From: an uncultured Candidatus Saccharibacteria bacterium
GTDB lineage: Bacteria > Patescibacteriota > Saccharimonadia > Saccharimonadales > AWTP1-31
Direction of reading: 5' to 3'
Assembly (NCBI GenBank): GCA_964369045.1
Contig: CAYJDY010000010.1
Location: 3,333 to 27,332, forward strand
DNA length: 24,000 nt
A program made the position numbers and the translations under genes. Every line of letters begins with the position of its first letter. Within the stretch, counting starts at the first letter, position 1. The notes beneath the pieces were generated by a model. The model ran no database searches and was not told the origin of the DNA. It was given only the letters and a program-made list of their open reading frames with translations. Shown here one piece after another: positions 7,337-13,221 of this stretch.

Positions 7337-8290
7337 TCACTCTGGTTCATCTGGTGCAAGAAAGCCCCACTCAATGAGTAGCTCATCAGGCCAAAGAGTT
7401 GTTTTAGCCCCCGCCCGTGCTAGTTCTGCTTCGAATTCATAAATGTCGATTTTCTCGGCCATTGCCTCATCACGGGTTACTTTTGGACGGAAGACAATTT
7501 GTTTATCTTCCCTAATCGTGGGGAAGAATAATGCTCTAAGCGTTGGCGTAAAGCCCGCACTACTTAACACCGTACTGATGTTACGTGCCGTCTTATCAAT
7601 GTTGGGCTTAAATAGTTTGTCTGGGTTGCTAGTGGATTGTTCCATTAGCTGGTCTAATACCGAATCAACATGTGCCTTCTTCAGTTTAAGTGCGTCATTC
7701 ACTAAGATTGAGCCGTCTAATTTATATGTTAGGGTAAATTCAGGTATGTACCACATTCGTGGCTGTCGAGTTTCTTCTTCATCACCTGCTTCTTCATGCC
7801 TTTTCAGGGCTTCTTCAACCACTATTTTGTTATATTTATCTAGTACGACTTGAACGAGTCCAATTAGTTTCTTTTGTTCTGGCGAGAAGTCAGGAGTATC
7901 CTTATCGGCGATTATGCATAGTCTATCTATCTCGGCTATATGGTAATCAATGTACTTGCTAGGATTTTTGATGTACTTAACAGGGCTTTCCTTGCTCTCG
8001 TATAATCTTTCTAGGAATTTCTGGACATCGTATGCCGCATGGATATAATCAATCTGCTGCCATATTGGTTCGTATTTAATGTTAGCTAACTCAGTGTTTC
8101 GCTTATACAATTCTTGTAGCTCGTTCACCAGTAATACATACACACGGTTAATTTCCTTTAGGTCGAAGTCTGGGCTGTGAACAACAATTTGGTACAGGCT
8201 AAAAATGTTTATTACTTTGCTTGCGTATTCATTCAATGATTTTGCTACTGCATAATCGTTGGCTTTTGATGGTTGTTTTGGATCACCCAT
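7337..8290 (-). CDS. Hypothetical island protein (317 aa)
   Basis: This is a long ORF with coding-like composition. TATAAT (minus strand, 8307-8302) lies 11 nt upstream of the ATG. No family was recognised. Confidence 0.65.
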   Translation of the reverse strand: MGDPKQPSKANDYAVAKSLNEYASKVINIFSLYQIVVHSPDFDLKEINRVYVLLVNELQELYKRNTELANIKYEPIWQQIDYIHAAYDVQKFLERLYESKESPVKYIKNPSKYIDYHIAEIDRLCIIADKDTPDFSPEQKKLIGLVQVVLDKYNKIVVEEALKRHEEAGDEEETRQPRMWYIPEFTLTYKLDGSILVNDALKLKKAHVDSVLDQLMEQSTSNPDKLFKPNIDKTARNISTVLSSAGFTPTLRALFFPTIREDKQIVFRPKVTRDEAMAEKIDIYEFEAELARAGAKTTLWPDELLIEWGFLAPDEPE

Positions 8291-8399
8291 AATTAGATAA
8301 CATTATAGGTGATTTTGTAGCTGTTAAGCCAGACGCTTGTACCTGTACCTTATCTGTCATAATTAGAGTAGTAGTTTTGACAGACAAAAAGGAGTTATT
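8291..8399. promoter_or_regulatory. Divergent promoter/operator region between the 317-aa gene (-) and the 77-aa HTH gene (+)
   Basis: It contains a minus-strand TATAAT (8302-8307). TTAGATAAC (8293-8301) is the reverse complement of GTTATCTAA from the 6405-6413 repeat. TATAGGT matches the 16-mer core. CATAATTAGA is duplicated at 8288-8297 and 8357-8366. The SD AAAGGAG lies before ATG 8400. Confidence 0.5.
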
Positions 8400-8633
8400 A
8401 TGGCAATCAAGAATGCCGTTGGGCGACCACCAAAATTCAACATGAAAACCGTAGACAAGTTAGCATTCTATATTCAGCGTAACTACAACGTTAGTGACAG
8501 TTGTAAATTTGTTAGCATTTCGAGGTCTACTTATTACAAGTATTTAAAGTCTGAACCACTATTTGCAGATAGCATAGCTACCGCACAGGACAACGCCAAT
8601 AAGGTAAGTTTTAATTTTCGTACATATCCTTAG
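8400..8633 (+). CDS. Small HTH DNA-binding protein (77 aa), possibly a truncated remnant
   Basis: GRPPKF...TVDKLAFYI...SDSCKFVSISRSTYYKYLKSEPLFADSIATAQ matches the homeodomain-like HTH found at the N-termini of small terminase, transposase and resolvase proteins. The ORF ends abruptly and is followed by 320 bp with no convincing ORF. Confidence 0.5.
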   Translation: MAIKNAVGRPPKFNMKTVDKLAFYIQRNYNVSDSCKFVSISRSTYYKYLKSEPLFADSIATAQDNANKVSFNFRTYP

Positions 8634-8884
8634 CTCAACTAGTTTCCGTGTACATGATTTCAATACAGATAGTGTCTATAAATGGCGGTAATCTGCAACG
8701 AAAAAACGGCGTTAAGGTGTCAAAATACTGGGAAAAATCATATCCGACGATACTCTTGATAAGAATCAGTGTTACCATGAACGGGTTTTGGCTGTGTTCT
8801 AGAGGTACAGAGAGGGGTCTAGGAGCGTTTTTCGTTAAAGTTAATGTAAGTTTCATATCTGACGATATTAGTCTAAAACCCCTG

Positions 8885-8913
8885 TTGACATATAAAGCTT
8901 ATTATGCTACAAT
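8885..8913 (+). promoter_or_regulatory. Near-consensus sigma70 promoter upstream of the cargo operon
   Basis: TTGACA (8885-8890) is followed by a 17-nt spacer and TACAAT (8908-8913). A second TATAAT (8941-8946) lies 7 nt upstream of ATG 8954. Confidence 0.55.
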
Positions 8914-8953
8914 CTAGACAGTAAAGCAAAAATAAAAAGTTATAATTTTAATT

Positions 8954-10657
8954 ATGGAAACAGTACCTAAATCACCGCAAGAAATGGCAGCCCAAATGCT
9001 GGACGTTTATCCGTATTTCAGCGACTACGCTATGCCTGAAGGTGAAGCTACACGACTAGGAGACCAAGTGAAGGGATTAAAAGCCGAAGTTGAGGGTATT
9101 AAGCCTTATATGCTTCCTGATGAGGAACTTGCTCCTAAGCTGGAAGATGTTAAGCAAAGAGCTACAGAAAGTGGCGTTTGGCGGGCTGATAAGGGCGAGG
9201 GTGCAGACGAGCGTTTAGCATTCGCAGTTGAACAAAAGAAAGGATATGGTTACACCGAGGAAGAAGCAACCGCAGGTGCAGTAAAGGAGCTCAAACGTAA
9301 CGGCTATCTTGATGCAATTAGGGACAAGCGTAAAGAACAAGAACGCCTATTCAAAGACCCCATAAGTGAATACATCGGCAACCATAAAGTAGAAGCTTCA
9401 ACAGAAAAAAACGAGATTGAAATGCTACTTGAGCGAACGGTTGACATTACAACTCTTACCGAAGCTGAATTAGGAAAGCTATCACATGATTTTCCTTCTG
9501 GTAATTTTGTATATCATGGCACTGGCACAGAGCAACTAGTCCAGATACTAGATTCGGGTGTCTTAGCGAATGCAAAAGCATTATACGAACGTGAAGAGGC
9601 GGCAGCTAAAGCAGAAGGCCGTGAAAAGGGAATGATTCGGCGTAACTCTGGTTTTGAAGGTGTATCGTGGAGTATGAACGGTATTGACGCTCTACCAGGA
9701 GACAGATACCACATGGCTGGTTTTTTGGCAGCACCTGAAGCCATTTTAAGCGATACAATGCAGCTTGCAGTACCATCACGACCTGCACCGAACGAGGTCT
9801 TGCAGATTTCTGCGGAAGTAGACGCAAGTGAGTTTTATGACGCTAAAACACAGTTTGAGTTGTATCGTAATCCCGGTATGTTTGGTGAAACTAATTCAGT
9901 TTTTGACAATATGTTCTCGGTCAGTATGTGGGAAAAAGAGGAAAACAGACAGTTTCGTGATGAGCCAATGCTTTATCAGGCAAAGCGTGGTTTACTTGCT
10001 CAGCCAGAGTACCAAGACCAATTACGTGAACTGTATTCAGTAGACGAGGTTGGCAAGATTCGTCTGGACCCAGACTTATTGCAGCAAATTGATAATGAGA
10101 TACCAGTTGCCGCCGTATGGTTACAAGCTGCAATAGATACAGGCCGCTTAAAGGGAACGCAATTTGCGGACAAAGAGCTTTCTGCAATTATTGACGAGCT
10201 GAATGGCGAAAATATCAAAGGACTAATAGGCAATAGTCGGCAAGATTGGGAACAATATGAAGCAGTTCTTGATGAAGCTGAGAAAGTTGCTGGCAACGTG
10301 GAGATACCAGTGGAGAATATGTACTTTGTGGCACCTCGTAAAGACGCTGAAGCTTGGCTCAAAGTAATGGCTCGTAGCCAGTACAAGCCAGCAGGAATAC
10401 TGCTATATGATGATAAGAAAGTTCGTCTTGAGAACTTTGCTTCACTACATCGTGGCGACCATACAGAACTAACAGCAGAGCTACAGGCAGCTATTAAGCC
10501 TGAAAGTGAAGGTTACATTGATTATGCCAAAGTGCTTGGCACAGAATTTAGCGACGATATGCGTACTGGTCACAAGCACCAAGTTATTGCCGAAAAGCAC
10601 CTTGCCAACCGTGGTACCATTAAAAAAGTGAATGATAAGCTGGTAATAGAAAGGTAA
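8954..10657 (+). CDS. Large hypothetical protein (567 aa) with a central ADP-ribosyltransferase-fold-like (Tpt1/KptA, DarT, PARP-type 'YHGT') signature
   Basis: This is a long ORF with coding-like composition. Residues ~185-285 read FVYHGTGTEQLVQILDSGVL ... GFEGVSWSMNG ... PNEVLQIS, which parallels the H / aromatic-S / E elements of H-Y-E class ART folds. Compare E. coli KptA, FLYHGTASRFLDEIKKQGL...YVHLS. The functional call is by motif only. Confidence 0.4.
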   Translation: METVPKSPQEMAAQMLDVYPYFSDYAMPEGEATRLGDQVKGLKAEVEGIKPYMLPDEELAPKLEDVKQRATESGVWRADKGEGADERLAFAVEQKKGYGYTEEEATAGAVKELKRNGYLDAIRDKRKEQERLFKDPISEYIGNHKVEASTEKNEIEMLLERTVDITTLTEAELGKLSHDFPSGNFVYHGTGTEQLVQILDSGVLANAKALYEREEAAAKAEGREKGMIRRNSGFEGVSWSMNGIDALPGDRYHMAGFLAAPEAILSDTMQLAVPSRPAPNEVLQISAEVDASEFYDAKTQFELYRNPGMFGETNSVFDNMFSVSMWEKEENRQFRDEPMLYQAKRGLLAQPEYQDQLRELYSVDEVGKIRLDPDLLQQIDNEIPVAAVWLQAAIDTGRLKGTQFADKELSAIIDELNGENIKGLIGNSRQDWEQYEAVLDEAEKVAGNVEIPVENMYFVAPRKDAEAWLKVMARSQYKPAGILLYDDKKVRLENFASLHRGDHTELTAELQAAIKPESEGYIDYAKVLGTEFSDDMRTGHKHQVIAEKHLANRGTIKKVNDKLVIER

Positions 10658-10662
10658 TATCA

Positions 10663-11013
10663 ATGACAAATCCATTTGAAGAATTAAAGACAGCCGAAAG
10701 CTTACTAAAAAAATATGAGCCTTCTAACGATCCTGAGCTTGATTACCGACAGCTCAAAGCTCTATTGGCTCAAGAAAGAGTGCTTGATTATTGTAGGATT
10801 GATATGTTTGAAAAGCACAAGCACGGCAGCAGTAAAGCGAAAGACTATGTCTTCCGTGAGTACATGGTGCGACACCAGATTAGTGAATTTGCACTCAAAT
10901 TGAACAAAGAAGTTACTGACAGAATCACGGGTGAAGACCCAGAAGAAAAGTCATTTGTAGCCATGTGTGTTAAGAACAGAGAACTTTATCCAAAACCAGT
11001 TAAAAAGACTTAA
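10663..11013 (+). CDS. Hypothetical helical protein (116 aa), coupled to the 567-aa gene
   Basis: It starts 5 nt after the upstream stop, and the SD-like GAAAGG lies inside the end of the upstream gene. No family was recognised. Confidence 0.6.
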   Translation: MTNPFEELKTAESLLKKYEPSNDPELDYRQLKALLAQERVLDYCRIDMFEKHKHGSSKAKDYVFREYMVRHQISEFALKLNKEVTDRITGEDPEEKSFVAMCVKNRELYPKPVKKT

Positions 11014-11037
11014 GTCATCTCGGCTATAATACCAAGC

Positions 11038-11595
11038 ATGAACGTACTTGCCATTGCCGATAGAAGACCAAAAATAGATATTCAAGAAGTCGTTCAGCAG
11101 AATAACATTGAACTTATTGTAACCTTAGGCGATTTGACTCGTGAAGACTTGCTGCAACTTGAGCAAGTAACCACAATTCCCAAGATAGGTGTATATGGCA
11201 ACCACGATAGTGGTACATATATGTCTGATTTAGGTATTTGGGACATGAACCTTAAGGTTTGGGATTATAAAGGATTACGATTCGGTGGCTTTCAAGGTTG
11301 TGTTCGTTATAAAGAAAATCCTGACGCAATAATGTGTACTCAGGAAGAAGCCTCTCAGCTAATGGCTAACTTTCCAAAAGTAGATGTTTTCCTCTGCCAT
11401 TGTCCGCCTAGAGGCATAAATGACGAGGAAGAAGTAGCTCATCAAGGTTTTAATGCTTTGCGAGATTATATTGAACGTGAACAGCCAAAAGTGTTGTTAC
11501 ACGGTCATACCTACCCGACAGAGGAGAACGTCGTCAAACAGCACGGCTCTACTCGGATTGAGTATGTGTACGAGTATAAGATTCTAACTCTTTAA
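11038..11595 (+). CDS. Calcineurin-like metallophosphoesterase (small YfcE/MJ0936-like type) with degenerate metal-site motifs
   Basis: The motifs present are LGDLTRED (GDxxD), YGNHDS (GNHD), LCHCPP and LHGHTY (GHxH-like). Motif I is IADRR rather than DxH. TATAAT (11025-11030) lies 7 nt upstream of the ATG. Confidence 0.75.
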   Translation: MNVLAIADRRPKIDIQEVVQQNNIELIVTLGDLTREDLLQLEQVTTIPKIGVYGNHDSGTYMSDLGIWDMNLKVWDYKGLRFGGFQGCVRYKENPDAIMCTQEEASQLMANFPKVDVFLCHCPPRGINDEEEVAHQGFNALRDYIEREQPKVLLHGHTYPTEENVVKQHGSTRIEYVYEYKILTL

Positions 11596-11761
11596 CGGCT
11601 TTGGCAACGAATTCATCGGAGTAGCCACGACCACCTTTGTCGGTCGGTGGCATGGTCAGTTTTAGTTCAAAAGGTAGTTGGGTTATAAAGTCATCATACC
11701 AATTTGAAGAGTACTCATACACATATTCTAACAGAGGTAGATAGAATTGACAAATATCCAT
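11549..11761 (-). CDS. Possible small protein (70 aa), divergent from the oxygenase gene
   Basis: The ORF has TATTAT 7 nt upstream of its ATG on the minus strand. Its 3' end overlaps the phosphoesterase gene by 47 nt. No family was recognised and it could be spurious. Confidence 0.35.
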   Translation of the reverse strand: MDICQFYLPLLEYVYEYSSNWYDDFITQLPFELKLTMPPTDKGGRGYSDEFVAKAVKELESYTRTHTQSE

Positions 11762-11784
11762 AAGTATGATAATATACTAATCTT

Positions 11785-12501
11785 ATGTCTGCAGAAAAAA
11801 ACCCTAATTCAAGCTTTCATTTCCCTGAAGCTACAGAAGCGTTACAGGCAGATTTCAATACTACTCTAGAGCGAGTCAAAGATGTAGGTGCTGGCTACAT
11901 GGATATAGTTACAGAAGAGGCATCAGTAGGGCTTGCTCAACAGCTTGCTCAGGAATTGCCCCCAGATGACTGGAATCTAGACCCGGTTGGACGCATGAGG
12001 CAATACGATGTATCTACGCCTACCTCAATGGAGTTTAAAAACCTCACAATTGCCTTATTGGCTGTCGATAGTCCTCAAAGGAAACGTATTGCTGATTGGA
12101 AGCAAGATGCCGGGACGGCTAATGTAGCTGTTTATCCTGCGGGAAAGGATCTTGAATGGCATATTGATGATGATAGTGCAGGAATTGTCGCTGTGCTGAC
12201 ACTCACGAACGAAGCAAACTTCTACTATATGGGGCAAGACAAACGAGTTCACGCCATACTCACAAAACCTGGTCGGCTGGTTCTAGTAGAAGGGGGCTCT
12301 TATGGGGCATGGCATTCAGTCTCGCAGCCACTAAGACCTGGCGAGCGGACCATTCTAAGTATGGGCTCAGCGGATTATAGCGATTACGAATATGATGGGG
12401 CTGGAGCACGTGCAATGATGCAATCCCTACGAAGAGCACGGGGACAGAAGCTAGAAGCTAAGAGAAAGCGGTTCGGTGGCGCACGAGTTATCTGGGACTG
12501 A
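11785..12501 (+). CDS. 2OG-Fe(II) oxygenase superfamily protein, AlkB-like core
   Basis: NVAVYPAGKDLEWHIDDDSAGIVAVLTLTNEANFYY...LTKPGRLVLVEGGSYGAWHSVSQPL..GERTILSMG parallels the AlkB pattern N.Y..G..L..H.D.D...IVSVSLG...F....L..GD.VV.GG.SR..H.V.P....R..LTFR (HxD...H...R facial triad plus 2OG-binding Arg). This is a motif-level call. Confidence 0.55.
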   Translation: MSAEKNPNSSFHFPEATEALQADFNTTLERVKDVGAGYMDIVTEEASVGLAQQLAQELPPDDWNLDPVGRMRQYDVSTPTSMEFKNLTIALLAVDSPQRKRIADWKQDAGTANVAVYPAGKDLEWHIDDDSAGIVAVLTLTNEANFYYMGQDKRVHAILTKPGRLVLVEGGSYGAWHSVSQPLRPGERTILSMGSADYSDYEYDGAGARAMMQSLRRARGQKLEAKRKRFGGARVIWD

Positions 12502-12535
12502 TAAATTAACTTAGTATTCAAAATCTTAATCGTTT

Positions 12536-12561
12536 AAAAAGTGACTACCAAGTCCTTTTTT
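12536..12561 (+). terminator. Weak A/T-flanked hairpin after the last island gene (possible bidirectional terminator)
   Basis: AAAAAGTGACT-ACCA-AGTCCTTTTTT forms a ~10-bp stem with one bulge and a 4-nt loop, followed by a T-run. The stem is AT-rich and weak. Confidence 0.3.
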
Positions 12562-12566
12562 AATTT

Positions 12567-12667
12567 TGTGGATATCAGGTTAGTGTCTAGCTTCGGTTCT
12601 GACCATGTTGATATATAAACTTACTGTGCTCTCCACAACAGATATCAGGGATAAAATATTATCCACA
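12567..12667. promoter_or_regulatory. Cluster of DnaA-box-like 9-mers / short repeats in the island-pilus intergenic region
   Basis: TTATCCACA at 12659-12667 is a perfect DnaA-box consensus. TGTGGATAT at 12567-12575 is the reverse complement of ATATCCACA (8/9). CTCTCCACA at 12629-12637 matches 7/9. GATATCAGG is repeated at 12571-12579 and 12641-12649. Confidence 0.3.
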
Positions 12668-12723
12668 AAGATATAAGTAAATTTACAACGTAAGCGTTAG
12701 AGGTATGATAAACTTGATGTAAT

Positions 12724-13221
12724 ATGAAGCTTTTCAAAAAAAGTGCTATGGTCAAGGGATCCTCTATACAAACTGGCGCAGTTCAACCTGCCCAAAAACC
12801 TCATCAAAAACGTAAAGTTTTTAAGTTTTTACTCCTACTGCTCGTGATTCTCCTTGGTGCAGGCGGGTATGCTTACTATCAAGGGAGGAATGCTCCAATA
12901 GCCAATCCTAACGCTTGCAGTAAGGGCATTAGCATGCAGGCAAGCCCATATCTTGGCGCCGCAAAGAACCAGGAACTAAAACCTATCGTCAAGAAAATAC
13001 TCGGTACCAAAGATTTCGATAAAGATTCGGCTTGCAACCTAATACTTACGCAGTACTACATCAATATTTCTGATCCTAAGAATGCTCGCTTGTACTATGA
13101 CAAACTCATGCAACAAGTAAAGCCGAACGAAAAAACTGAAGTAATGCTCGGCAGTGTTGTATTCCTCGAAAAACAGACAACAGGGAAAAGCAATGTGATT
13201 TATCTGGGTGAGAACAAATGA
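12724..13221 (+). CDS. Single-pass membrane-anchored protein (165 aa), function unknown
   Basis: A basic N-terminus is followed by the TM segment FKFLLLLLVILLGAGGYAYY and then a soluble domain. Its stop overlaps the next gene's ATG (ATGA, 13218-13221). Confidence 0.6.
   Translation: MKLFKKSAMVKGSSIQTGAVQPAQKPHQKRKVFKFLLLLLVILLGAGGYAYYQGRNAPIANPNACSKGISMQASPYLGAAKNQELKPIVKKILGTKDFDKDSACNLILTQYYINISDPKNARLYYDKLMQQVKPNEKTEVMLGSVVFLEKQTTGKSNVIYLGENK

Larger units (their letters stand above)
4243..12561. mobile_element. Integrated genomic island (~8.3 kb) mobilised by a large serine recombinase; both boundaries are approximate
   Basis: The recombinase and excisionase-type HTH sit at the left edge against ychF. 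All enclosed genes are hypothetical or accessory, intergenic regions are AT-rich and repeat-rich, and core genes flank both sides. The left junction lies somewhere in 4243-~4400 and the right junction in ~12502-12600. No long flanking direct repeat was found, which is expected for serine recombinases because their crossover is only 2 bp. Confidence 0.6.

Noticed and set aside
8635-8917. Two overlapping ORFs (73 aa on the minus strand, 89 aa on the plus strand) lie in the gap before the cargo operon.
   Set aside because: Their composition is implausible and hydrophobic or low-complexity. They have no SD or -10 context, and they overlap each other and the promoter of the 567-aa gene. I treated the region as non-coding (see finding).
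12486-12493. AGTTATCT, the core of the island repeat motif, recurs at the 3' end of the oxygenase gene near the right island boundary.
   Set aside because: A single 8-mer match is expected by chance about 0.7 times in 24 kb on both strands, and this one lies inside coding sequence.
4243-12561. The island could be a prophage.
   Set aside because: It has no capsid, portal, tail, lysis or large-terminase genes. Only a truncated HTH is reminiscent of a small-terminase or transposase N-terminus. At ~8 kb it is too small for an autonomous phage.
12567-12667. The DnaA-box cluster could be called the chromosomal origin (oriC).
   Set aside because: There are only three boxes, and only one is perfect. 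No dnaA, dnaN or other origin-linked gene lies in the window, and skew cannot be computed here. I kept it only as a regulatory curiosity.
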